Origin: Pseudomonadota bacterium
GTDB lineage: Bacteria; Pseudomonadota; Alphaproteobacteria; Micavibrionales; Micavibrionaceae
Direction of reading: 5' to 3'
DNA: 64,000 bases
Assembly: GCA_048498395.1 (NCBI GenBank)
Contig: JBEHYB010000001.1
Coordinates: 3,023-67,022 of the forward strand
Position numbers and translations under genes: made by a program. Positions 20,598 through 29,764 of this stretch are shown here, in pieces. The notes below the pieces were generated by a model that saw only the letters and a list, made by a program, of their open reading frames with translations, was not told where the DNA came from and ran no database searches. Within the stretch, counting starts at the first letter, position 1. Every line of letters begins with the position of its first letter.

Positions 20598-20773
20598 AAA
20601 ATTCTCCTTGTGAATAGCCAGGTAAATTACTTTCTCAAATACTGTTCTCAACGCAAACAGCCGGACAGGAAATTTGTTCCCCTGACGTGAAAATATTTAA
20701 AGCATGGCAACTATTTCGAACGCAGCTCATTGGTGACGAATGCATTTTTATTAATAATTAAAAGGAAATTACC

Positions 20774-20929
20774 ATGCTTTCGACCGTATTGCTGATCATA
20801 CTCATCCTGTTACTCGTCGGTGCCCTGCCATCATGGCCACACAGTCGTAACTGGGGCTATTATCCAAGCGGCGGTATCGGGCTGGTCGCTCTCATTCTCC
20901 TGATCCTGATTTTGACAGGACGCATATAG
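20774..20929 (+). CDS. DUF3309 family small membrane protein
   Basis: This ORF is below the ORF-track size cutoff. My translation is MLSTVLLIILILLLVGALPSWPHSRNWGYYPSGGIGLVALILLILILTGRI, which is the characteristic DUF3309 pattern. AAGGAAA lies upstream. Confidence 0.75.
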   Translation: MLSTVLLIILILLLVGALPSWPHSRNWGYYPSGGIGLVALILLILILTGRI

Positions 20930-20937
20930 AAATTGAA

Positions 20938-20971
20938 AATAAAAAAAGAGCCGGGAGATTTTCCCGGCTCT
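20938..20971 (-). terminator. Rho-independent terminator downstream of the MCP gene
   Basis: 10-bp stem AGAGCCGGGA / TCCCGGCTCT (20947-20956 and 20962-20971) with a 5-nt loop. On the minus strand it is followed by a run of seven or more T (the A-run at 20941-20947). Confidence 0.75.
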
Positions 20972-20995
20972 CGTCAATTGGAGTTGACCTATAAA

Positions 20996-22687
20996 TTACG
21001 CCGCCGCAACGGAGGTCACGAATTCGTCGAATTCCTGTTTAAGGATCGTCGACTGGCGTGAGAGTTCATTAGCTGCGGAGAGAACCTGCGTTGACGCGGA
21101 GCCCGTATCGTTAGCCGCATCGCTGACAGCGCCGATATTCTGGGTAACTTCAGATGTCCCGCTATATGCTTCGGACACGTTGCGAGAAATTTCTTGCGTA
21201 GCGGCAGTCTGTTCCTGAATAGCCGCAGAAATCGAACCGGAGATCTGGTCGATTTCTTCGATAACCCGGCAGATCTGGTTGATCGAATCCGCAGAAGAAT
21301 GCGAGATCGACTGAATCTCGGCAATTTTCGACGAAATCTCTTCAGTCGCTTTCGTGGATTCATTCGCAAGGTTCTTAACTTCAGCCGCAACAACAGCGAA
21401 GCCTTTACCAGCCTCACCGGCACGTGCCGCTTCGATGGTCGCATTCAGCGCCAGAAGATTTGTCTGCTCGGCGATATTCGAAATGATCTTCGTGACTTCA
21501 CCGATTTTCTGCGCGGCATCGACAAGCATTTTGACGCTCTCGCCAGCTTCACGCGCATCAACGACAGCCTTACCGGCGACCTGTGACGAACGTGTGACCT
21601 GGGAGGCGATCTCATTAATGGACGATGACAACTCTTCGGAAGCCGAGCTGACCGTCTGGACGTTGGCTGCTGCCTGCTGCGAAGCGGCGGCAACCGCGTT
21701 AGATTGTTTGGAAGTTTCTTCAGCGGAAGCCGCGAGCGACTGGGCGGAAGCCTGGAGTTCCGTTGAGGAGCTTGCGACAAATTTGACGATTTCCGTCATC
21801 GCACCTTCGAATTTCTTCGTGGCTTTGTCCACCTTGCCTTGACGGATTTCCTTGGCTTTCTGTTCCTGCGCCTGCTCGGCCTCGAGTTCCTTGGCGCGGA
21901 CCATATTGTCTTTAAAGACCTGAACCGACCTCGCCATATCGCCGATCTCGTCTTTGAGTTCACGCGATGGCACGTCTTTGTCCAGTTTTCCACTCGACAG
22001 ATATTGCATATATTCGGTAATGCTTCTGACAGGCGTTGCAACCGCTTTCACCAGCGTGAAAACGGTAAAGGCAACAAAGGCCGCTAAAAGACCAAGAACA
22101 GTGAAGGCGATAACCTTGTTTCTGGCAAACATAACGTCCGCGAGATCACTTGCCGCTTTCGACCCTTTATCGTTGAAATTACCCTGAACATCCAACGCAT
22201 CGTCCGTTTTGGTATATTGCGCCTGTGACTCTCCGTTCAACATCTCGACGGCTTGCTGTTTCTGCCCGGATTCGTATGTCGCATCTACTTTTTTGGAAAT
22301 ATCGTAGTATTTCTTCCATTCAGTGCGCGCATTTTCAAAATGTTTTCTGTCTTCATCGCTGACGATCATCGTCTCGTATTTTTTGAAATCAGCCTCGATT
22401 TCCTTACCGATATCTTCACGTAACTGGTCGTATTTATCTTTTTCAGCCGGATCTTCGGATGTCATCTGGGAATATTCTGCGACACGGAACTGAGCAAGAG
22501 CGGTCGCGGTCGATGAGCTCACTTTAAGGCTCGGGAGCCAGTTGTCCGAAATCACATTGGATTGTTCGTTAATATCACTCATGCCTTTAATAAGATAAAC
22601 ATTCGCGCCTACAACTATTGCGAGCAGGGCAAGCATAGGCAGCAAAATTTTATATTTGATTTTGAGGTTTTTCACCGGATTCTCCAT
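20996..22687 (-). CDS. methyl-accepting chemotaxis protein
   Basis: 563-aa ORF with two TM segments flanking a periplasmic domain, a HAMP region and the conserved signalling hairpin [27 protein letters not shown]. Confidence 0.9.
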   Translation of the reverse strand: MENPVKNLKIKYKILLPMLALLAIVVGANVYLIKGMSDINEQSNVISDNWLPSLKVSSSTATALAQFRVAEYSQMTSEDPAEKDKYDQLREDIGKEIEADFKKYETMIVSDEDRKHFENARTEWKKYYDISKKVDATYESGQKQQAVEMLNGESQAQYTKTDDALDVQGNFNDKGSKAASDLADVMFARNKVIAFTVLGLLAAFVAFTVFTLVKAVATPVRSITEYMQYLSSGKLDKDVPSRELKDEIGDMARSVQVFKDNMVRAKELEAEQAQEQKAKEIRQGKVDKATKKFEGAMTEIVKFVASSSTELQASAQSLAASAEETSKQSNAVAAASQQAAANVQTVSSASEELSSSINEIASQVTRSSQVAGKAVVDAREAGESVKMLVDAAQKIGEVTKIISNIAEQTNLLALNATIEAARAGEAGKGFAVVAAEVKNLANESTKATEEISSKIAEIQSISHSSADSINQICRVIEEIDQISGSISAAIQEQTAATQEISRNVSEAYSGTSEVTQNIGAVSDAANDTGSASTQVLSAANELSRQSTILKQEFDEFVTSVAAA

Positions 22688-22966
22688 ACGTGAATGTTAA
22701 TGTTAGAAATTTACGCAGGAAGTAGTTAAGGAATGCTTTACATTAGCATACAGAAATCTACGCGTACGAAATATTATTACCGTCAAAAACTCAATATGAA
22801 AATCAGTCGCGTGGGGTATTTTTATTATAGCACCGCTCAAACTCAATGGCTGCAATAAAAATCCAGGCTTCGCCATAAATCTGTCTGGCGCGGCAATATT
22901 CCGTCGGCATTTCAGCCATTAACTTAGAACATGACTTTTACCGTAACTTTTGGCAATGTCCGCCGC

Positions 22967-23722
22967 ATGCGCCTGAACGTCTTTCTGCAAAAAGCCGGAG
23001 TTGGAAGCCGCCGCGAAGCCGAGCGGATGGTTGCCGACGGTCGTGTCACTATTAATGGCATCACAGCGGAAGCCACGACACCTGTCGAAGAAGGTGATGA
23101 AGTAACCGTCGATGGCGCGCCGGTCACACCGGATACGCGTCCCCTGCCGCGCCTGTTCATGCTGAACAAACCGCTAGACGTTCTGGTCACTACATACGAT
23201 TCACAAGGCCGCGCCATCGTCTATGACCTGCCTTGTTTCGATCCCAAAAATTACCGCACGCCCCTGCCGCGCCTGATGAATGTCGGCCGCCTTGATGTCA
23301 ACAGTGAAGGCCTGCTGTTATTCTCATCCGACGGGCCTCTGGCGCAAGCGATGATGTCGCCGCAGACAGCATTGGAGCGCGTCTATCGTATTCGCGTTCA
23401 TGGTCGCCTGACGGCGCAGCAAATAGAACGTCTTGGCAAAGGTGTTACCGCGAACGGCGTGACCTATCGCGGCGCGGAGATCACCGAAGAAGCGGAGCCA
23501 ACAGGAAAGAACACCTGGTACCAGATTGTCCTGACCGAAGGCAAAAACCGTGAAGTGCGCAAACTGATGGAACATTTCGGCTGCGTCGTGAACCGACTTA
23601 TACGCCTGAGCTACGGTCCCTTTGAACTGGGAGACCTGGAGCGCGGCAAATTACGCGAGATCGCCCCGCATGAAGTCAAAAACCTTATCAAGGACCTGCG
23701 CGAGCGCGGCGCAAAGCTCTGA
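22967..23722 (+). CDS. rluB: S4-domain pseudouridine synthase, RluB-like (23S rRNA)
   Basis: I prefer the start at the ATG at 22967 (MRLNVFLQKAGVGSRREAE, the S4 domain). The catalytic motif is GRLDVNSEGLLLFSSDG, with NREVRKL downstream. Confidence 0.75.
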   Translation: MRLNVFLQKAGVGSRREAERMVADGRVTINGITAEATTPVEEGDEVTVDGAPVTPDTRPLPRLFMLNKPLDVLVTTYDSQGRAIVYDLPCFDPKNYRTPLPRLMNVGRLDVNSEGLLLFSSDGPLAQAMMSPQTALERVYRIRVHGRLTAQQIERLGKGVTANGVTYRGAEITEEAEPTGKNTWYQIVLTEGKNREVRKLMEHFGCVVNRLIRLSYGPFELGDLERGKLREIAPHEVKNLIKDLRERGAKL

Positions 23723-23771
23723 TTTCAAGCCACCTTGCCATACCTGTATATATGGAATAAAAGAAGGGCTG

Positions 23772-24164
23772 ATGAAACACGGCATGAAACTCAGCTCCGC
23801 CTTTCTGCTTCTCGCAATGTTTGCGATTTTTGTTCGCGGCCTGATCCCTGCCGGATTTATGCCTGATTTCTCATCGTCGAAACTCTACGCTATCACCATC
23901 TGTAGCGGCATGAGTACGAAAACCATTTACGTGCACGATGACAAAGCCCCGGCCGGCGCCCATGATGAGAAAAAAGATATGGCAGAGACATGCCCGTTTG
24001 CGGCACCTGTTCTGGCCGATACTTCTGCTTCGTTTAACATCGCTGATTTTATTTCCGTCGCTTACGCGAAATTTATTCCGACACAATTCGCGGATATCAA
24101 CACCTCCAAACTCGTTTTAAAATCCTATCTCGCACAAGGTCCCCCTGACGCTTTCGCCGTTTAA
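23772..24164 (+). CDS. DUF2946 family protein (copper-uptake-associated)
   Basis: I prefer the start at 23772 (MKHGMKLSSAFLLLAMF). GFMP, ICSG and CPF motifs are typical of DUF2946. It lies upstream of the YcnI and TonB receptor genes. Confidence 0.6.
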   Translation: MKHGMKLSSAFLLLAMFAIFVRGLIPAGFMPDFSSSKLYAITICSGMSTKTIYVHDDKAPAGAHDEKKDMAETCPFAAPVLADTSASFNIADFISVAYAKFIPTQFADINTSKLVLKSYLAQGPPDAFAV

Positions 24165-24202
24165 GACATAAAACACGAAACTTCAATTACAGGACCTATC
24201 AA

Positions 24203-24787
24203 ATGAAAAAATCACTGGCATTATTCGCCGCCCTTACTCTGCTCTCAACCCCCAGCTACGCGCATGTCACCGCCAATCCCGATAACGGCGCGGCTGGCGA
24301 TTATTTCCAAACCTCGTTCCGCATCGCGCATGGTTGCGAAGGCGACAGCGCGACAACCTCTGTCCATATAAAAATCCCCGCCGGTTTCGCGTCAGTGCGC
24401 GCACAGGCCAAGCCTGGCTGGAACGTGAGCGTTCTCAAACACAAACTTGCGAAACCGATTCCCGCCGGTCATGGCAAAATGTCCGATGAAGAAGTCACCG
24501 ATGTCATCTGGAGCGGCGGCAATCTGCCCGACGACCAGTATGACGAATTCGGCATCCTGACCAAGCTGCCCGACGCGCCGCAGACTTTGTGGTTCCCGGT
24601 GATTCAGGAATGCAAATCCGGCAAAAACGAATGGGTGCAAATTCCGTCCAAGGGACAGGAATGGCATGATTTGAAAAATCCTGCGCCTTTCGTCCGCGTC
24701 GGCAAAAAGGCGGCGATGGATCATGATATGAGCGGCATGGATATGGGCGGCATGAACATGCCCGGCATGGACCAGCACGCGCACTAA
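24203..24787 (+). CDS. YcnI (DUF1775) family copper-binding protein
   Basis: The signal peptide ends ...SYA|HVTANP, which leaves an N-terminal His after cleavage. The AHGCEG motif is present, and the tail is Met/His-rich (MDHDMSGMDMGGMNMPGMDQHAH). Confidence 0.75.
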   Translation: MKKSLALFAALTLLSTPSYAHVTANPDNGAAGDYFQTSFRIAHGCEGDSATTSVHIKIPAGFASVRAQAKPGWNVSVLKHKLAKPIPAGHGKMSDEEVTDVIWSGGNLPDDQYDEFGILTKLPDAPQTLWFPVIQECKSGKNEWVQIPSKGQEWHDLKNPAPFVRVGKKAAMDHDMSGMDMGGMNMPGMDQHAH

Positions 24788-24815
24788 TTTCATTCATCAT
24801 TTCAGGATATAAAAC

Positions 24816-26858
24816 ATGTCATCACGCATTCACTTTGGCGCGGGCGCAACCCTGCTCGCCGCGCTTCTAATTTCAACGCCTGCCTCCGCGCTGGCCACCA
24901 AGATAGTCGTCAACGCGCCTGCAGGCTCATTGACGGTTCCATCGGTACGCATAGAGGAAAAAGAGCTTAAAAAAGCCGCCGGTTCCGTTGCCTTTATCGA
25001 TAGTGAAAAATACAAGGACCGTTATGCGGGCACGATCAAGGATATCGTACAGGAAACACCCGGTGTCTTCGCCCAGACGCGCTATGGTCAGGAAATGCGG
25101 CTCTCGGTTCGCGGCTCCGGCATTGCGCGCGCCTATCATACGCGTGGTATCGAGATCCTGCAGGACGGCATTCCGACCAATCTCGCTGATGGTAGCGGTG
25201 ACTTTTACCAGATAGATCCGTTATCGATTCGCTCCACTGAAATATACAAGGGCGGTAACGGGTTGTTCTACGGCGCTTCGATACTCGGCGGCGCAATTAA
25301 TTTCGTAACCCCGACCGCCTATACGGCGACCGCTCCCAACATCCTGCAACTCGAAGGCGGCAGCTTCACGACGAAACGCGCCAATGCGCAAATCTCGCGT
25401 TTACTTGGTAATTTCGATTTCCAGGCCGGGGGCACGGTAACCCGCGCCGATAATTATCGCGATCACGAGGACACCAAAAGCGAAGTATTTAACGGCAATA
25501 TTGGCTATCGCATCAATCCTGATACCGAAACGAGGTTTTACGCCGGGATTTACAATGTCGATCAGCAACTGCCCGGCGCGCTGACACTTGAAGATGCGCT
25601 TCATAATCCGAAGATGGCGGCCTCTGCCGCGCTCTCGGGCGATCAGGGCCGCGTGACGGATACCCAGCGCCTTGCCAACCGTACAAGCTTCAAGATGAGT
25701 GACGGCAGACTGGATCTCGACACCTGGGTCATCCACAAGGATCTCTATCACCCGATCTTCCAAGTGATCGATCAGAACGGCATCACCTATGGCATCGGCC
25801 CGCGTTATACTTCTACCTTCAATATCTATGATTTCAGGAATGAACTCTTGCTGGGCGCGCGTTATTTTGCAGGCAACAACGAAGCCCTGCAATTCGTCAA
25901 TGTGAGTGGCAAGCGCGGCGCGCAGACATTGAACGCCGAGCAGGATGCACAAAATTACGAAGCCTATTTTGAAAATCGTTTCTGGCTGAACCCTGAAATC
26001 GCGCTGATGACCGGCCTGAAAGCTTTCAGTTCAACGCGCGACTACGAGGACAAAGGCGGCCTGGCATCAAACCCGACAGCCAAATCCGACAGCACAACTT
26101 TTAGCGGGCTTAATCCAAAGCTGGGCATCTTGTGGCAACCGCAAAATGATATTCAGCTATTCACGAATATCACGCGTTCGCAGGACGTACCTGACTTTAC
26201 CGATCTCACCCAGACGATCGGTACGACGACGCAATTCGTCGATCTGAAAGCGCAGAAAGCATGGACATTTGAGGCCGGCACGCGCGGCGAACATGGCCGC
26301 TTTGGCTGGGACACAACCGCCTACAGATCGTGGGTCAAAGACGAGTTGTTGCAATACACGACTGGCGTTGGCATTCCGGCCTCGACGTTCAATGCGGGTA
26401 ACACGATCCATCAGGGCCTCGAGATCGGCGCCTCCTTCGCACTGAATGATCGCATCACGTTCAATCAAATCTGGAATTACAGCGATTTCCATTTCGATGG
26501 CGATGCGCAATATGGCGATAATAAAATCGCGGGCGTGCCGGAGAATTTGTTCAGGACTTCCCTGACCTATACGCATCCGAATGGCTTTTATGTTACGCCG
26601 ACGATCGATTATGTACCCGATGGAGCCTACGCTGATCAGGCGAATACGCTCAAGGTTCCCGGCTATACGCTCCTTGGTTTCAAGACCGGCGTGAAACTGA
26701 AAAACGGAGTGCATTTCTATCTGGATGCGCGCAACCTGACGGATAAACGCTATGTCAGCGATATTGGCACCATCAAGGACGCGACGAGCACCGCCACTTC
26801 GATCTTCTATCCCGGCGCGGGCCGTAGCGTATTTGCAGGTATTCGCTATGAATTCTAG
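24816..26858 (+). CDS. TonB-dependent outer-membrane receptor (probable copper/metal uptake)
   Basis: 680-aa ORF with a signal peptide, a plug-domain region (ETPGVF...LSVRGSG) and a beta-barrel ending in a terminal aromatic residue (GIRYEF). Confidence 0.85.
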   Translation: MSSRIHFGAGATLLAALLISTPASALATKIVVNAPAGSLTVPSVRIEEKELKKAAGSVAFIDSEKYKDRYAGTIKDIVQETPGVFAQTRYGQEMRLSVRGSGIARAYHTRGIEILQDGIPTNLADGSGDFYQIDPLSIRSTEIYKGGNGLFYGASILGGAINFVTPTAYTATAPNILQLEGGSFTTKRANAQISRLLGNFDFQAGGTVTRADNYRDHEDTKSEVFNGNIGYRINPDTETRFYAGIYNVDQQLPGALTLEDALHNPKMAASAALSGDQGRVTDTQRLANRTSFKMSDGRLDLDTWVIHKDLYHPIFQVIDQNGITYGIGPRYTSTFNIYDFRNELLLGARYFAGNNEALQFVNVSGKRGAQTLNAEQDAQNYEAYFENRFWLNPEIALMTGLKAFSSTRDYEDKGGLASNPTAKSDSTTFSGLNPKLGILWQPQNDIQLFTNITRSQDVPDFTDLTQTIGTTTQFVDLKAQKAWTFEAGTRGEHGRFGWDTTAYRSWVKDELLQYTTGVGIPASTFNAGNTIHQGLEIGASFALNDRITFNQIWNYSDFHFDGDAQYGDNKIAGVPENLFRTSLTYTHPNGFYVTPTIDYVPDGAYADQANTLKVPGYTLLGFKTGVKLKNGVHFYLDARNLTDKRYVSDIGTIKDATSTATSIFYPGAGRSVFAGIRYEF

Positions 26859-27835
26859 GCAAGAGCTATAAGATCGGAAAAATAATTCCTGATTTCAATT
26901 TTCACGATCTCGGGATCATTAAGCCTGTTGATACGGGTGCGAAAATTCTCCGCACCCGGCATCTCTTTGCAATACCACGCAATATGCTTGCGGGCGATGC
27001 CAACGCCTGTATGCGTGCCGTAATGCGCGATGATGGAATCGTAATGCTCCTCGATAAGCGCCGCGATTTCCTGCAGGCCCGGTGCGGCTGAAATTTTGCC
27101 ATGACGGAAATAATCCATCACCTGCCGTACGATCCACGGTCTGCCATAGGTCCCACGACCGATCATGACCCCGTCAGCCCCTGATTTTTCGCGTGCAATG
27201 ATCGCGTCCTCAGGTGTCAGGATATCGCCGTTGACGATCACCGGGATGGATACGCTTTGCTTGACGCGCGCGACCGCGTCCCAGTCGGCATTGCCGTTAT
27301 AAAGCTGGTTGCGCGTACGCCCGTGTACCGTGATCATCTTGACACCCAGCTCTTCGGCGCGCTTTGCCAGGTTTGGCGCATTGATACTGTTCTCGTCCCA
27401 GCCAAGACGCATTTTTACGCTCACCGGCACATCAACAGCCTTGACGGTCGCCTCCATGATCTCGGCGGCAAGCTTCTCATCTTTCATCAGCGCAGAGCCC
27501 GCAAAATTATTGATGATCTTCTTCACCGGACAGCCGAAATTGATATCGATGATCGCCGCGCCACGCTCGACATTTATCTTCGCGGCTTCGGCCATGATTT
27601 CCGGTTCACACCCGGCAATCTGCACCGCCATCGGAAATTCCTCGGCATAGTTTTTCGTGTTCTTGCCCGAGCGGCGATAATCCTCAATCATCGGGCGGCT
27701 CGCGATCATTTCCGAGAATACCATCCCAGCGCCATACCGTTTGACCAATCGGCGAAACGGCAGGTCCGTCACGCCCGACATGGGCGCGAGGAAGACCGGG
27801 TCGTCTATCTGGATGGGGCCAATCGCAAAGCTCAT
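26855..27835 (-). CDS. dusB: tRNA-dihydrouridine synthase B
   Basis: I prefer the ATG at 27835 (MSFAIGPIQI) to the TTG at 27871. Motifs are LAPMSGVTDLPFR, INFGCP, HGRTR and IGRG. Its stop shares the tetranucleotide CTAG with the convergent receptor gene. Confidence 0.85.
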   Translation of the reverse strand: MSFAIGPIQIDDPVFLAPMSGVTDLPFRRLVKRYGAGMVFSEMIASRPMIEDYRRSGKNTKNYAEEFPMAVQIAGCEPEIMAEAAKINVERGAAIIDINFGCPVKKIINNFAGSALMKDEKLAAEIMEATVKAVDVPVSVKMRLGWDENSINAPNLAKRAEELGVKMITVHGRTRNQLYNGNADWDAVARVKQSVSIPVIVNGDILTPEDAIIAREKSGADGVMIGRGTYGRPWIVRQVMDYFRHGKISAAPGLQEIAALIEEHYDSIIAHYGTHTGVGIARKHIAWYCKEMPGAENFRTRINRLNDPEIVKIEIRNYFSDLIALA

Positions 27836-27958
27836 GGGTTTCTGTTTATTATGTATTTCAGCAATTGGCAAATTTGGCAGACCCCATTGACGGAACAGGA
27901 ATTTCCGCGCTCAATAGCGCCACAATTTTAACGATAATTTTTAACAGGAGATTTCACC

Positions 27959-28849
27959 ATGCGGCTGCTTCTGATGACGCTCGCCCTCTGCCTCAGTTTT
28001 ATCACGTCTTCCTTTGCGGACGACCCGGCCAGCAAGTCGGCGGATGTGAACGGCGTTAAAATTCACTACCTGATCGCAGGTCAGGGCCCGCCGGTCGTCC
28101 TCGTTCATGGCTTCGCCGAGACAAGCCATATGTGGCTGCCCTTAATTACCGAGCTTGAAAAAACCCATACGGTTATCGCGCCCGACCTGCGCGGCTTCGG
28201 TGATTCTGCGACACCAGAGACGGGCTATACAAAAGTCCAGATGGCGAAAGACATCCACACGCTCGTTAATCGTCTTGGCTATAACAATGTCGAGATCGTC
28301 GGCCACGATATCGGCCTTATGGTTGCCTATGCCTATGCCGCGCAATACCCGAGCGAAGTCAGCAAGATTGTACTGATGGACGCTTTCCTGCCCGGTGTCG
28401 GTGACTGGAAAACTGTCTGGCTGATGCGCGATCTCTGGCACTTCCACTTCTACGGCAAGACACCGTTGGCCCTGGTCAAAGGCCGCGAACGTATCTATCT
28501 CGATCATTTCTGGGATGACTTCGCCGCCGATCCAAATCTTTCGGTTTCGGACAAAGACCGCGAATTCTATGCGAAAGCCTATGCCAAGGGCGATCACATG
28601 AAAGCAGGCTTTGAGGTCTTCCGTGCCTTTGAGCAGGACGCGAAGGATTTCGAAACGCTTTCGAAAACACCTCTGCCAATGCCGATGCTGGTGCTGACCG
28701 GGGCCAAGGCTTCGGGTCAGGGGCTGATCGATCAGGCGAAGCTGGTCGCAACGAACGTGACGGGCGTGATCGTACCCAATGCCGGTCACTGGCTGATGGA
28801 AGAAGCGACGACAGTGGTCGTTCCCCAGATCGTGACTTTCCTGAAATAG
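27959..28849 (+). CDS. secreted alpha/beta hydrolase (epoxide hydrolase / haloalkane dehalogenase-like fold)
   Basis: 296-aa ORF with a signal peptide, the oxyanion motif HGF, a nucleophile elbow-like VGHDIG (Asp nucleophile type) and a C-terminal GHW. Confidence 0.7.
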   Translation: MRLLLMTLALCLSFITSSFADDPASKSADVNGVKIHYLIAGQGPPVVLVHGFAETSHMWLPLITELEKTHTVIAPDLRGFGDSATPETGYTKVQMAKDIHTLVNRLGYNNVEIVGHDIGLMVAYAYAAQYPSEVSKIVLMDAFLPGVGDWKTVWLMRDLWHFHFYGKTPLALVKGRERIYLDHFWDDFAADPNLSVSDKDREFYAKAYAKGDHMKAGFEVFRAFEQDAKDFETLSKTPLPMPMLVLTGAKASGQGLIDQAKLVATNVTGVIVPNAGHWLMEEATTVVVPQIVTFLK

Positions 28850-28870
28850 GAAGCCGCTTAAATCTATTTC

Positions 28871-28897
28871 AAAAATCCCCGCTTTCGCGGGGATTTT
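28871..28897. terminator. bidirectional hairpin terminator that is also one copy of the ATCCCCGC-GAAA-GCGGGGAT palindromic repeat
   Basis: The core at 28875-28894 is atccccgctttcgcgggggat-type: an 8-bp stem with a 4-nt loop. An A-run lies on the left and a T-run on the right. It sits between convergent genes. Confidence 0.7.
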
Positions 28898-28918
28898 ATT
28901 ATGGATGATAATTCTCTA

Positions 28919-29137
28919 TCAGTAGGGGGTCGGATCGATATCCAGCGGCTTTCGGCCAACGCCGGTTTCCGCCTGACGGTCGGCATCTTCGGCAATCTTG
29001 TCAAATATAAAAGTTTTGGCCAGCGAACCGGCCCCCGGAGCTGCAATACTGAAGAATACTCCAAGACCCCGGAAGAACTTGGCGGTCCCGCGCTGCGACT
29101 CACGTTCAGCGTCGCTTAATTTATATTCATCACTCAT
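28919..29137 (-). CDS. small hypothetical protein
   Basis: I prefer the start at 29137 (MSDEYKLSD...), which is preceded by AAGGGAG. It has one hydrophobic segment (GLGVFFSIAAPGAG). I recognise no family. Confidence 0.45.
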   Translation of the reverse strand: MSDEYKLSDAERESQRGTAKFFRGLGVFFSIAAPGAGSLAKTFIFDKIAEDADRQAETGVGRKPLDIDPTPY

Positions 29138-29218
29138 TTTTAGACTCCCTTTGTTTTTTTGCATGTTACGCTTCAGCTGGAGAACAGGGCAAGCATCATG
29201 AGGTGGAATAAAAGGTTT

Positions 29219-29764
29219 TTACCATGCTTTGCCTTGTAGACTGTTAAGTAAATATTGAACTCGCTGCTCTTGACCGTGCTGTTTTTCAATAATTCCAGCG
29301 ATAACTGCCCTAACTTTTTTGCTATTATCCAATGTTTGAAATGAGTCTCTGGTTAGCTTGATAAGTTTATCCATGCTTTCTTGAGAAGCATTCGGATTCT
29401 TCAAAAGAATTTGTTCTCTGATTAGTAGTTCATCCGAAAAATTACTAAAAAGAGAAAATTGCTGATGAATAAATTCTTCGGTATGAACCTGATCCCATTC
29501 TGAATATGTGGCTTTAACTAGGTCATAGATGGCATTGTCTACATTAAATTCGCGCCCTTCCTTTTCTGCTTTGGCTGATTCTAAACCTGCTGCAGCTGAA
29601 TATGCTCGCATTAAAGGAAAGTGCACACGTCGCCAAGGTTTACTTTTGTATATGAACCACTGATTTATTTGCCATCCTAAAACAATAATAAAAGCAATAG
29701 ACCACCAAGCACTCAGAAATAATGCAAAACATCCAAACACGAGAAGAAGAACCCAACCTACCAT
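29219..29764 (-). CDS. hypothetical membrane protein encoded in AT-rich DNA
   Basis: 181-aa ORF with an N-terminal hydrophobic hairpin (GWVLLLVFGCFALFLSAWWSIAFIIVLGW) followed by a helical soluble part. My hand count of 29221-29320 gives 39 G+C in 100 nt, against 30 in 60 nt at 28201-28260. I recognise no family. Confidence 0.6.
   Translation of the reverse strand: MVGWVLLLVFGCFALFLSAWWSIAFIIVLGWQINQWFIYKSKPWRRVHFPLMRAYSAAAGLESAKAEKEGREFNVDNAIYDLVKATYSEWDQVHTEEFIHQQFSLFSNFSDELLIREQILLKNPNASQESMDKLIKLTRDSFQTLDNSKKVRAVIAGIIEKQHGQEQRVQYLLNSLQGKAW

Noticed and set aside
20652-20773. Possible sigma-54 (TGGCAA...) or EcfG-type (GAAC...ACGAA) promoter upstream of the DUF3309 gene
   Set aside because: The GG-N10-GC spacing is not met for sigma-54. 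The GGAAC-N16-CGTT pattern is matched only loosely, with the wrong -10 (CGAA) and an imperfect -35.
22688-22930. 243-nt intergenic region upstream of rluB as a possible sRNA or riboswitch
   Set aside because: I saw only an 8-bp inverted repeat (AATGGCTG...CAGCCATT) and a 20-codon ORF without a ribosome-binding site. Nothing resembles a known riboswitch.
28850-29220. Search for a direct repeat of the tRNA-Ser 3' end (attL/attR) bounding an island
   Set aside because: By eye I found no copy of the tRNA 3' segment (TGGCGGAGCGAAAGGGATTCGAACCC or parts of it). There is no integrase gene either, so I do not call a mobile element.
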